Below, in pieces: positions 51,471 through 64,000 of a stretch of DNA of 64,000 bases; within the stretch, counting starts at the first letter, position 1; every line of letters starts with the position of its first letter. The notes below the pieces were generated by a model. The model searched no databases. It saw only the letters and a program-made list of their open reading frames with translations, and was not told the DNA's origin. Position numbers and translations under genes: made by a program. Source of the stretch: Mobula hypostoma (Eukaryota); assembly GCF_963921235.1 (NCBI RefSeq), contig NC_086097.1, positions 247,754,001-247,818,000 of the forward strand, in the 5' to 3' direction.

Positions 51471-51613
51471 ACAACTTCAGAGTTTCCGTTAGCTGATTTG
51501 TTTATTGGTTAATGTTGTTGTTTGTTTCTTTTTAAGGAAAGGAAGAAGTGATTCGTCAGAGATTCAGTTAACTGATGCAGACGAGATAAGACATAAATAA
51601 TAACAAGGAAACA

Positions 51614-51688
51614 CAAGAACTGTGTGTACCACTTAGAAGGTCTACTCGTGTTCGTAAACCCACAGAGAGACTGATTGAGACTTGTTGA
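51614..51688 (+). pseudogene. Residual Pol/integrase C-terminal tail
   Basis: QELCVPLRRSTRVRKPTERLIETC*, a typical Gypsy Pol end motif. Confidence 0.7.
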
Positions 51689-51731
51689 ATTATGCCTTTG
51701 CTTTGATTAATGTTGTTTATTTTTTCTTTTT

Positions 51732-51744
51732 AAGGAAGGGAAGA
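51732..51744 (+). promoter_or_regulatory. Polypurine tract
   Basis: AAGGAAGGGAAGA immediately 5' of the 3' LTR. Confidence 0.85.
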
Positions 51745-51943
51745 AGTGGTAATATCACATGCAATGATGTGCCAGTACCTGACTGGAGAGCACTGAGCAT
51801 GCGTGGGGTTTGCCAGAATGTTTCAGCACGTGGTGGGGTTAAGACATGTTTGTTTATTACTGTAAATAAAAGTTTTCTAATTCTTCCAGAATATGATTCT
51901 TTACTGTTAACCCACGGTAAGTTTAAACAGAAGTAACATAACA
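51745..51943 (+). repeat. 3' LTR
   Basis: Direct repeat of 45274-45472 (first base A rather than T), followed by TSD ATCCC. Confidence 0.95.
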
Positions 51944-52139
51944 ATCCCATTCCTTTACCTCTTGTTCTGAGATGGCTTAAGGCCTGTTTTTGCATATTAA
52001 TATTAAAGTAGATAAGTTTGCCTGCTGTCCAACAAGTTCCTGGTGTCAACATCTCTGAAGATTTATCCTGCCTCCAACATATTGGTACAATTACTAAGAA
52101 GGCACACCAGTGACTATATTTCATGGGAAGTTTGAGGAG

Positions 52140-53125
52140 ATTAAAACCTATCGAGTATTGATAGGCCTTGATAGAGTGGAAATGGGGAGGATGTTTCCTT
52201 TGGTGGGAGAGTCTAGGACCAGAGGACACAGCCTCAGAATAGAGGGGTGTCCTTTTATAACCATATAACAATTACAGCATGGAAACAGGCCATCTCGGCC
52301 CTTCTAGTCCGTGTCGAACTCTTAGTCTCACCTAGTCCCACTGACCTGCACTCAACCCATAACCCTCCATTCCTTTCCTGTCCATATAGCTGTCCAGTTT
52401 AACTTTAAATGACAAAATCGAACCTGTCTCAACCACTTCTGCTGGAAGCTCGTTCCACACAGCTACCACTCTCTGAGTAAAGAAGTTCCCCCTCATGTTA
52501 CCCCTAAACTTTTGCCATTTAACTCTCAACTCATGTCCTCCTGTTTGAATCTCCCCCACTCTCAATGGAAAAAGCCTATCCACGTCAACTCCATCTATCC
52601 CTCTCATAATTTTAAATACCTCTATCAAGTCCCTCCTCAACCTTCTACGCTTCAAAGAATAAAGACCCAACTTGTTCGACCTTTCTCTGTAACTTAGGTG
52701 GTGAAACCCAGGTAACATTCTAGTAAATCTTCTCTGTACTCTATTTTGTTGACATCTTTCCTATAATTCAGTGACCAAAACTGTGCACAATACTCCAAAT
52801 TTGGCCTCACCAATGCCTTGTACAATTTCAACATTACATCCCAACTCCTATACTCAATGCTCTGATTTAAACTTATCTTTTAATACAGAGATAGGGAGGA
52901 ATTTCTTTAGCCATAAGGTGATGAACCTGTGGAATTTATTGCCACAAGCGGCTGTGGAGGCCAGGTCACTAGGTTAATAGGTTCTTGATTAATCAGGGCA
53001 TGAAAGGTTATGGGGAGAAGGCAGGAGAATGGGGTTGAGAGGGAAATGAATTAGCCATGATGAAATGGTGAAAAAAAACTGATGGGACAAATGGCCTAAT
53101 TCTGTACTAAGTCTTACGGTCTAAT
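52140..53125 (+). mobile_element. CR1 3' fragment interrupted by an opposite-strand CR1 (about 52259-52865, minus)
   Basis: Plus copy splits at GGGGTGTCCTTTT|...ACAGAGATAGGGAGG; inner ORF RRLRRDLIEVFKIMRG...FFTQRVVAVWNELP. Confidence 0.85.
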
Positions 53126-53129
53126 GTGA

Positions 53130-53900
53130 TTTCGTATGTCACCAAAAACAACAGAAAATTTCTGCGGATGTACCAAGGAGAGCATTCTGACTGGCGGCAT
53201 CACTGTCTGGTATGGAGGGGATCAGAAAAAGCTGCAGAAGTTTGAAAGCTCACCCAGCTCCAGCGTGGGCACTGATCTCCCAACACTGAGGATATCTTCA
53301 AAAGGCGATGACTCAAAAAAGTGGCATCCATCATTAAGGATCCCCATCACCCAGGACATGCCCTCTTCTCATTGCTACCATCAGGGAGGAGATACAGGAG
53401 CCTGAAGACACACACTCATTGATTTAGGAACAGCTTCTTCCCCTCTGCCACCACATTTCTGAATGGACATTGAGCTCATGAATACTACCTGCTTATTTTT
53501 GTTCTCTTTTTTCACTACTTATTAAATTTATTTTTAAAATTTGGATGATGGATATGGTCCAACACCACTAGGTTTATGAATAGTTATTACCCTTCAACCA
53601 TCAGGCTCCTGAACTAGTCTAGATAACTTAACTCACCTCAGCTCTGCACTGTTCCCACAGCCTGTAAACTCACTTTCAAGTATTCTACAATTCATGTTCT
53701 CAATATTTATTTATTGCTATGTTTTGTATTTGCACAGTTTGTCATTTCTGCACATTGCAGTTAGTGTATGTAGTTTTTCATTGATTTTATTGTATTTCTT
53801 TGCATTTACTGTGAATTCCTGCAAAAGAAAAAGAATCACAGGGCAGTATGTGGTGATATTAATGTACTTTAACAATAAATTTATTTCGAACTTTGAAATA
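53130..53900 (+). mobile_element. Rex/Babar 3' fragments and SINE tails
   Basis: KESILTGGITVWYG; CCATCATTAAGGATCCCCATCACCCAGGACATGCC. Confidence 0.7.
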
Positions 53901-54039
53901 TTATCTGCTTCTCATATAACATAACCTGTAAATCTAACACAACTAGCTCCAATTTCCAACATCTTCCTCAGCACTTTAAATACTCAAAGTGACCCAAACA
54001 TCTTCACTGTAATCTCTTTTTGACATTGCACTGGGTCAA

Positions 54040-54465
54040 GGGTTAACATATGAGGAGTGTCTGATGGCTCCAAGCCTCTATTTGCTGGAGTTCAGAAGAA
54101 TGAAGAGGATCTCATTGAAACCTATTGAATATTGAAAGACCTAAACCGAGTGAACAGAGAGGAATAGTGGGAAAGTCTAGAAGCAGTTGGCACAGCCTCA
54201 GAATAGAAAGAAGGATGTCCCTTTAAAACAGAGATGAGGAGGAGTTTCCTCAACCAGAGGGTAGTGAGTCTGTGGAACTCTTACTACAGGTGGGCCAAGT
54301 TATTAGGTACATTTAAAATGGAGGTTGATAGGTTCTTGATCAGTCAGGGCACCAAAGGTTACAGTGAGAAGGCAGAGGAATGGGGTTGAGAGGGATAATG
54401 AATCAGATATAATGGAATGGTGGAGCAGACTCAATGGGCTAATTCTTCTCCCGTCTCTTTGGTCT
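54040..54465 (+). mobile_element. CR1 3' fragment
   Basis: Homologous to 39030-39468. Confidence 0.8.
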
Positions 54466-55334
54466 GATAGCTCACTGGTTAATTTTTCAACTAATTGGAT
54501 AACCTTTTAATCAACCTGGGGACAGAGCAGGGAACCTGCTCTAAAGGGTTAAGGGTCATCTGCTGGTAATTTCAGCAGGACACCCAGGAAGTCTATACAT
54601 CTAGATGTTGTCCAGAAATACATATGACCCACCACTCCCTTCATTATCATGGGCAAATATCAGTGCTATTTAAAGCAAAGTAAACAAACAATATGACAAG
54701 GAAATCTTGGGGATGGTTTGAGAGTTCGAAATAGATCCAACCCTCCTGAGATTAGGATCGAAGACTGCCAATTAAGATAGTAAATGAGCAAACAGAAAGT
54801 AGTTTGGGGACACTCGAGACAGAGACTGACAAAGGCAGTTGAAAACAAACCAAAGCCACTCAGAGACTAAGCATGCCGGGGGGTGGGGGGGCTGGTAGGG
54901 GTTGACACTGGATGACATATTCCACAATAACAAAGTTCCAAAGTCGAAAAAGTACGTTCGACCCTTTATTAAGAAACCATCAAAATTGAAATATCTTGTA
55001 GCCATTAAAAAATGAACTAAAACTAGCAATATAACAAAATAAACATTCTAATAACAATACAACAGCGACCTAGCAGTGGTGTTAGCGGTAGCGGATAGCA
55101 GCAACAAAAAAATATCATTCCATCTGCCTGTCGGGCTCCAGCTAGACTAAACTAAACTTTGACAAAGCGTGAATACGTAACTATACTCACTCGGTTCTAC
55201 ACTCCAACCCGCATGACAAACTATCCATAATAAACACGCAACACAACCAAGAGTACAGGCAGACAGAAAATAGATACATGGCTCCTATAACATCCGAAAA
55301 CACAGGTCTACGAATGAATAAAGCTGTAGAGTTT

Positions 55335-55900
55335 TATAATAATTTACAAGCAGTGGAAGGCAATGGAAAACATGCGCAGTTTCAAGTTTCTGGGTGTCAA
55401 CGTCTTTTTAACATATTGATGCGATCACCAAGAGGGCATGCCGACAGCTATATTTCATTAAAGGTTTAAGAGGATTTGGTTTGTCACCAAAAACACCAAC
55501 AGATGTACCATGAGGAGCATTCTAGCAGGTTGTATCACCATCCGGTATGGAGGAACCACTGCACAGGATTGGAAAAGTTGCAGTAAGTTGCAATCTCAGC
55601 CAGCTCCAGCATGGGCACGAGCCTCCCCACCATCGAGGACATCTTCAAAAGACGATGCCTCAGAAAGGTGCTCCATCATTAAGGCCCCCCATCACCCAGG
55701 ACATGCCCCTTGACCTGCTTCTCATTGCTACCATTAAGGAGGTGATACAGGTGCCTGGATGGACACACAAACACACACACACACACAATGTTTTAGGAAC
55801 AGCTCCTTCCCCTCCAACATCAGATTTTTGACTGGACAATCCATTTGCACTACCTCACTAGATTTTTTTTTGTTCTCTTTTTACACTAATTATTTAATTT
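55335..55900 (+). mobile_element. Rex/Babar 3' fragment
   Basis: RSILAGCITIRYGGTTAQDWK...IIKAPHHPGHA. Confidence 0.7.
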
Positions 55901-56441
55901 AATTATGTAATCATAAGGTGCCCTAGCAATAGATATCTTCCGAAGACTTTTACACAGTATCGCATGGAAATTTAATTATGTTCAGATTTTTTAATGTATA
56001 CAGTATGTATAAGCAGCGAATTTTTGGTTACAGACAGAGTCAGAGAGCTGTACAGTCACAGAAACAGGCCTTTTGGCCCATCTAATATATGACCATCTAT
56101 TAAGCTACCGAGTCACAGAAACCCTCACCTGGTCTTAGGCACCCTAGCTATATATACATATATTCATAAATCTTTTGCACAGTATGGTATTTCTCATTAT
56201 AAGTTTTTTATTACGTATTATACTGGACTGCTCCCACAACCAACAAATTTCAGTGATATTAAACTTGATTCTGATATGTACAGTATGTGCTTACAAAAGG
56301 GATGGAATAGATTTACAAGTACATTGAAGGCCTGGGGTTAAAGGGGTCTCACAAACTAAAATATAAGAATAAAGGAAAACAGGATACAGTGATAAACAGT
56401 CGTTACTCAAACCTGAGTCAAATGTGTAACCATGACTGCAG

Positions 56442-59400
56442 CTCACCCCCTTCATCCCCCATTCACTGTCACTCCACACCTCATACCCACACTGACACAC
56501 TCCTCTCCACAGTCCCTCTCCACAGTCCCTCACCACCCCCTTCATCCCCCATTCACTGTCACTCCAAACCTCATACCCACACTGACACACTAATCTCCAC
56601 AGTCCCTCACCACCCCCTTCATCCCCCATTCACTGTCACTTTACACTGACACTCCACACCTCATACCGACACTGACACACTCCTCTCCACAGTCCCTCAC
56701 CACCCCCTTCATCCCCCATTCACTGTCACTTTACACTGACACTCCACACCTCATACCGACACTGACACACTCCTCTCCACAGTCCCTCACCACCCCCTTC
56801 ATCTCCCATTCACTGTCACTCCACACCTCATACCCACACTGACACACTCCTCTCCACAGTCCCTCACCACCCCCTTCATCCCCCATTCACTGTCACTTTA
56901 CACTGTCACTCCACACCTCATACCCACACTGACACACTCCTCTCCACAGTCCCTCACCACCCCCTTCATCCCCCCATTCACTGTCACTTCACAGTGACAC
57001 TCCACACCTCACACCCACACTGACACACTCCTCTCCACAGTCCCTCACCACCCCCTTATCCCCCCATTCACTGTCACTTAACACTGACACTCCACTCCTC
57101 ATACCCACACTGACACACTCCTCTCCACAGTCCCTCACCACCCCCTTCATCCCCCCATTCACTGTCATTTACACTGACACTCCACACCTCATACCGACAC
57201 TGACACACTCCTCTCCACAGTCCCTCACCACCCCCTTCATCCACGATTCACTGTCACTCCACACCTCATACCCACACTGACACACTCCTATCCACAGTCC
57301 CTCACCACCCCCTTCATCCCCCATTCACTGTCACTTCACACTGACACTCCACACCTCATACCCACACTGACACACTCCTCTCCACAGTCCCTCACCACAG
57401 TCCCTCACCACCCCCTTCATCCCCCATTCACTGTCACTTTACACTGACACTCCACACCTCATACCCACACTGACACACTCCTCTCAACAGTCCCTCACCA
57501 CCCACTTCATTCCCCATTCACTGTCACTTCACACTGACACTCCACACCTCATACCCACACTGACACACTCCTCTCCACAGTCCCTCACCACCCTCTTCAT
57601 CCCCCCATTCACTGTCACTCCACACCTCATACCCACACTGACACACTCCTCTCCACAGTCCCTCACCACCCCCTTCATCCCCCATTCACTGTCACTTCAC
57701 ACTGACACTCCACACCTCATACCCACACTGACACACTCCTCTCCACAGTCCCTCACCACCCGCTTCATCCCCCATTCACTGTCACTTCACACTGACACTC
57801 CACACCTCATACCCACACTGACACACTCCTCTCCACAGTCCCTCACCACCCCCATCATCCCCCCATTCACTGTCACTTTACACTGACACTCCACACCTCA
57901 TACCCACACTGACACACTCCTCTCCACAGTCCCTCACCACCCCCTTCATCCCCCCATTCACTGTCACTTCACACTGACACTCCACACCTCATACCTACAC
58001 TGACACACTCCTCTCCACAGTCCCTCACCACCCCCTTCATCGCCCATTCACTGTCACTTCACACTGACACTCCATACCTCATACCGACACTGACACACTC
58101 CTCTCCAGTCCCTCACCACCCCCTTCATCCCCTATTCACTGTCACTTTACACTGACACTCCACACCTCATACCGACACTGACACACTCCTCTCCACAGTC
58201 CCTCACCACCCGCTTCATCCCCCCATTCACTGTCACTTCACACTGACACTCCACACCTCATACCGACACTGACACACTCCTCTCCACAGTCCCTCACCAC
58301 CCACTTCATCCCCCATTCACTGTCACTTCACACTGACACTCCACACCAAATACCCACACTGACACACTTCTCTCCACAGTCCCTCACCACTCCCTTCATC
58401 CCCCCATTCACTGTCACTTCACACTGACACTCCACACCTCATACCCACACTGACACACTCCTCTCCACAGTCCCTCACCACCCACTTCATCCCCCATTCA
58501 CTGTCACTTCACACTGACACTCCACACCAAATACCCACACTGACACACTTCTCTCCACAGTCCCTCACCACTCCCTTCATCCCCCCATTCACTGTCACTT
58601 CACACTGACACTCCACACCTCACACCCACACTGACACACTCCTCTCCACAGTCCCTCACCACCCCCTTATCCCCCCATTCACTGTCACTTAACACTGACA
58701 CTCCACTCCTCATACCCACACTGACACACTCCTCTCCACAGTCCCTCACCACCCCCTTCATCCCCCCATTCACTGTCATTTACACTGACACTCCACACCT
58801 CATACCGACACTGACACACTCCTCTCCACAGTCCCTCACCACCCCCTTCATCCACGATTCACTGTCACTCCACACCTCATACCCACACTGACACACTCCT
58901 ATCCACAGTCCCTCACCACCCCCTTCATCCCCCATTCACTGTCACTTCACACTGACACTCCACACCTCATACCCACACTGACACACTCCTCTCCACAGTC
59001 CCTCACCACAGTCCCTCACCACCCCCTTCATCCCCCATTCACTGTCACTTTACACTGACACTCCACACCTCATACCCACACTGACACACTCCTCTCAACA
59101 GTCCCTCACCACCCACTTCATTCCCCATTCACTGTCACTTCACACTGACACTCCACACCTCATACCCACACTGACACACTCCTCTCCACAGTCCCTCACC
59201 ACCCTCTTCATCCCCCCATTCACTGTCACTCCACACCTCATACCCACACTGACACACTCCTCTCCACAGTCCCTCACCACCCCCTTCATCCCCCATTCAC
59301 TGTCACTTCACACTGACACTCCACACCTCATACCCACACTGACACACTCCTCTCCACAGTCCCTCACCACCCGCTTCATCCCCCATTCACTGTCACTTCA

Positions 59401-62400
59401 CACTGACACTCCACACCTCATACCCACACTGACACACTCCTCTCCACAGTCCCTCACCACCCCCATCATCCCCCCATTCACTGTCACTTTACACTGACAC
59501 TCCACACCTCATACCCACACTGACACACTCCTCTCCACAGTCCCTCACCACCCCCTTCATCCCCCCATTCACTGTCACTTCACACTGACACTCCACACCT
59601 CATACCTACACTGACACACTCCTCTCCACAGTCCCTCACCACCCCCTTCATCGCCCATTCACTGTCACTTCACACTGACACTCCATACCTCATACCGACA
59701 CTGACACACTCCTCTCCAGTTCCTCACCACCCCCTTCATCCCCTATTCACTGTCACTTTACACTGACACTCCACACCTCATACCGACACTGACACACTCC
59801 TCTCCACAGTCCCTCACCACCCGCTTCATCCCCCCATTCACTGTCACTTCACACTGACACTCCACACCTCATACCGACACTGACACACTCCTCTCCACAG
59901 TCCCTCACCACCCACTTCATCCCCCATTCACTGTCACTTCACACTGACACTCCACACCAAATACCCACACTGACACACTTCTCTCCACAGTCCCTCACCA
60001 CTCCCTTCATCCCCCCATTCACTGTCACTTCACACTGACACTCCACACCTCATACCCACACTGACACACTCCTCTCCACAGTCCCTCACCACCCCCTTCG
60101 TCTCCCCATTGACTGTCACTTCACACTGACACTCCACACCTCATACCCACACTGACACACTCCTCTCCACAGTCCCTCACCACCCCCTTCATCCCCCATT
60201 CACTGTCACTTCACACTGACACTCCACACCTCATACCCACACTGACACACTCCTCTCCACAGTCCTTCACCACCCCTTCATCCCCCATTCACTGTCACTT
60301 CACACTGACACTCCACACCTCATACCCACACTGACACACTCCTCTCCACAGTCCCTCACCACCCCCATCATCCCACATTCACTGTCACTTCACACTGACA
60401 CTCCACACCTCATACCCACACTGACACACTCCTCTCCACAGTCCCTCACCACCCCCATCATCCCACATTCACTGTCATTTCACACTGACACTCCACACCT
60501 CATACCCACACTGACACACTCTTCTCCACAGTCCCTCACCACCCCCTTCATCCCCCATTCACTGTCACTTCACTCTGACACTCCACACCTCATACCGACA
60601 CTGACACACTCCTCTCCACAGTCCCTCACCACCCGCTTCATCCCCCCATTCACTGTCACTTCACACTGACACTCCACACCTCATACCGACACTGACACAC
60701 TCCTCTCCACAGTCCCTCACCACCCCCTTCATCCCCCATTCACTGTCACTTCACACTGACACTCCACACCTCATACCCACACTGACACACTCCTCTCCAC
60801 AGTCCCTCACCACCCCCATCATCCCACATTCACTGTCACTTCACACTGACACTCCACACCTCACACCCACACTGACACACTCCTCTCCACAGTCCCTCAC
60901 CACCCCTCTTCATCCCCCATTCACTGTCACTTTACACTGACACTCCACACCTCATACCCACACTGACACACTCCTCTCCACAGTCCCTCACCACCCCCAT
61001 CATCCCCCATTCACTGTCACTTTACACTGACACTCCACACCTCATACCCACACTGACACACTCCTCTCAACAGTCCCTCACCACCCACTTCATTCCCCAT
61101 TCACTGTCACTTCACACTGACACTCCACACCTCATACCCACACTGACACACTCCTCTCCACAGTCCCTCACCACCCCCATCATCCCACATTCACTGTCAC
61201 TTCACACTGACACTCCACACCTCATACCCACACTGACACACTCCTCTCCACAGTCCCTCACCACCCCCTTCATCCCCCATTCACTGTCACTTCACACTGA
61301 CACTCCACACCTCATACCCACACTGACACACTCCTCTCCACAGTCCCTCACCACCCCCATCATCCCCCATTCACTGTCACTTTACACTGACACTCCACAC
61401 CTCACACCCACACTGACACACTCCTCTCCACAGTCCCTCACCACCCCCTTCATCCCCCATTCACTGTCACTTCACACTGACACTCCACACCTCATACCCA
61501 CACTGACACACTCCTCTCCACAGTCCCTCACCACCCCCATCATCCCCCCATTCACTGTCACTTTACACTGACACTCCACACCTCACACCCACACTGACAC
61601 ACTCCTCTCCACAGTCCCTCACCACCCCCTTCATCCCCCCATTCACTGTCACTTCACACTGACACTCCACACCTCATACCCACACTGACACACTCCTCTC
61701 CACAGTCCCTCACCACCCCCTTCATCCCCCCATTCACTGTCACTTCACACTGACACTCCACACCTCATACCTACACTGACACACTCCTCTCCACAGTCCC
61801 TCACCACCCCCTTCATCGCCCATTCACTGTCACTTCACACTGACACTCCATACCTCATACCGACACTGACACACTCCTCTCCACAGTCCCTCACCACCCC
61901 CTTCATCCCCTATTCACTGTCACTTTACACTGACACTCCACACCTCATACCGACACTGACACACTCCTCTCCACAGTCCCTCACCACCCGCTTCATCCCC
62001 CCATTCACTGTCACTTCACACTGACACTCCACACCTCATACCGACACTGACACACTCCTCTCCACAGTCCCTCACCACCCACTTCATCCCCCATTCACTG
62101 TCACTTCACACTGACACTCCACACCAAATACCCACACTGACACACTTCTCTCCACAGTCCCTCACCACTCCCTTCATCCCCCCATTCACTGTCACTTCAC
62201 ACTGACACTCCACACCTCATACCCACACTGACACACTCCTCTCCACAGTCCCTCACCACCCCCTTCGTCTCCCCATTGACTGTCACTTCACACTGACACT
62301 CCACACCTCATACCCACACTGACACACTCCTCTCCACAGTCCCTCACCACAGTCCCTCACCACCCCCTTCATCCCCCATTCACTGTCACTTTACACTGAC

Positions 62401-64000
62401 ACTCCACACCTCATACCCACACTGACACACTCCTCTCAACAGTCCCTCACCACCCACTTCATTCCCCATTCACTGTCACTTCACACTGACACTCCACACC
62501 TCATACCCACACTGACACACTCCTCTCCACAGTCCCTCACCACCCTCTTCATCCCCCCATTCACTGTCACTCCACACCTCATACCCACACTGACACACTC
62601 CTCTCCACAGTCGCTCACCACCCCCTTCATCCCCCATTCACTGTCACTTCACACTGACACTCCACACCTCATACCCACACTGACACACTCCTCTCCACAG
62701 TCCCTCACCACCCCCATCATCCCCCATTCACTGTCACTTTACACTGACACTCCACACCTCACACCCACACTGACACACTCCTCTCCACAGTCCCTCACCA
62801 CCCCCTTCATCCCCCATTCACTGTCACTTCACACTGACACTCCACACCTCATACCCACACTGACACACTCCTCTCCACAGTCCCTCACCACCCGCTTCAT
62901 CCCCCATTCACTGTCACTTCACACTGACACTCCACACCTCATACCCACACTGACACACTCCTCTCCACAGTCCCTCACCACCCCCATCATCCCCCCATTC
63001 ACTGTCACTTTACACTGACACTCCACACCTCACACCGACACTTACACACTCCTCTCCACAGTCCCTCACCACCCCCTTCATCCCCCCCATTCACTGTCAC
63101 TTCACACTGACACTCCACACCTCATACCCACACTGACACACTCCTCTCCACAGTCCCTCACCACCCCCTTCATCCCCCCCATTCACTGTCACTTCACACT
63201 GACACTCCACACCTCATACCTACACTGACACACTCCTCTCCACAGTCCCTCACCACCCCCTTCATCGCCCATTCACTGTCACTTCACACTGACACTCCAT
63301 ACCTCATACCGACACTGACACACTCCTCTCCACAGTCCCTCACCACCCCCTTCATCCCCTATTCACTGTCACTTTACACTGACACTCCACACCTCATACC
63401 GACACTGACACACTCCTCTCCACAGTCCCTCACCACCCGCTTCATCCCCCCATTCACTGTCACTTCACACTGACACTCCACACCTCATACCGACACTGAC
63501 ACACTCCTCTCCACAGTCCCTCACCACCCACTTCATCCCCCATTCACTGTCACTTCACACTGACACTCCACACCAAATACCCACACTGACACACTTCTCT
63601 CCACAGTCCCTCACCACTCCCTTCATCCCCCCATTCACTGTCACTTCACACTGACACTCCACACCTCATACCCACACTGACACACTCCTCTCCACAGTCC
63701 CTCACCACCCCCTTCGTCTCCCCATTGACTGTCACTTCACACTGACACTCCATACCTCATACCCACACTGACACACTCCTCTCCACAGTCCCTCACCACC
63801 CCTTCATCCCCCATTCACTGTCACTTCACACTGACACTCCACACCTCATACCCACACTGACACACTCCTCTCCACAGTCCCTCACCACCCCCATCATCCC
63901 ACATTCACTGTCACTTCACACTGACACTCCACACCTCATACCCACACTGACACACTCCTCTCCACAGTCCCTCACCACCCCCATCATCCCACATTCACTG
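56442..64000. repeat. 90-bp satellite array running off the window end
   Basis: Unit CCCCCTTCATCCCCCATTCACTGTCACTTCACACTGACACTCCACACCTCATACCCACACTGACACACTCCTCTCCACAGTCCCTCACCA, with 78-bp deletion variants. Confidence 0.98.

Larger units (their letters stand above)
45274..51943 (+). mobile_element. Non-autonomous Ty3/Gypsy LTR retrotransposon (probably Mag-like) carrying host gene fragments
   Basis: Two 199-bp LTRs, 5-bp TSD ATCCC (45269-45273 and 51944-51948), PBS, PPT, gag, zinc knuckles, protease and integrase tail. Confidence 0.95.

Noticed and set aside
174..56649. Numerous 60-190 aa ORFs in the track
   Set aside because: They are antisense or off-frame readings of repeats and low-complexity DNA, with no recognisable domains.
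56442..64000. Satellite as a coding repeat (one frame reads PFIPHSLSLHTDTPHLIPTLTHSSPQSLTT without stops)
   Set aside because: There is no start codon, and frequent 1-2 bp indels in the C-runs break the frame.

Overview
Eukaryotic, repeat-dense, apparently intergenic or intronic vertebrate DNA. The repeat mix (CR1 LINEs, Penelope-like elements with minimal hammerheads, V-SINE-type tRNA SINEs, Rex/Babar and RTE remnants) suggests a cartilaginous fish, probably a ray; this is inference. No intact host gene is evident, and nearly all ORF-track entries are repeat-derived or spurious. The main finding is a complete non-autonomous Gypsy LTR element (45274-51943) with 199-bp LTRs, an ATCCC target-site duplication (TSD), a tRNA-Leu primer-binding site (PBS) and a polypurine tract (PPT). 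Its RT-RNaseH-integrase core is replaced by sense-strand fragments resembling three host genes (RABEP1, SH3KBP1/CIN85, SLU7), apparently fused in frame to Gag-protease and later interrupted by CR1 and Penelope insertions. A second, independent capture (CYHR1/ZFTRAF1-like pieces in scrambled order between RTE-like ends) is nested inside a Tigger4-like transposon at about 25 kb. The window ends in a >7.5-kb satellite of 90-bp units with higher-order structure. Gene and family names come from recalled sequences, not database searches. Boundaries of old repeats are approximate.
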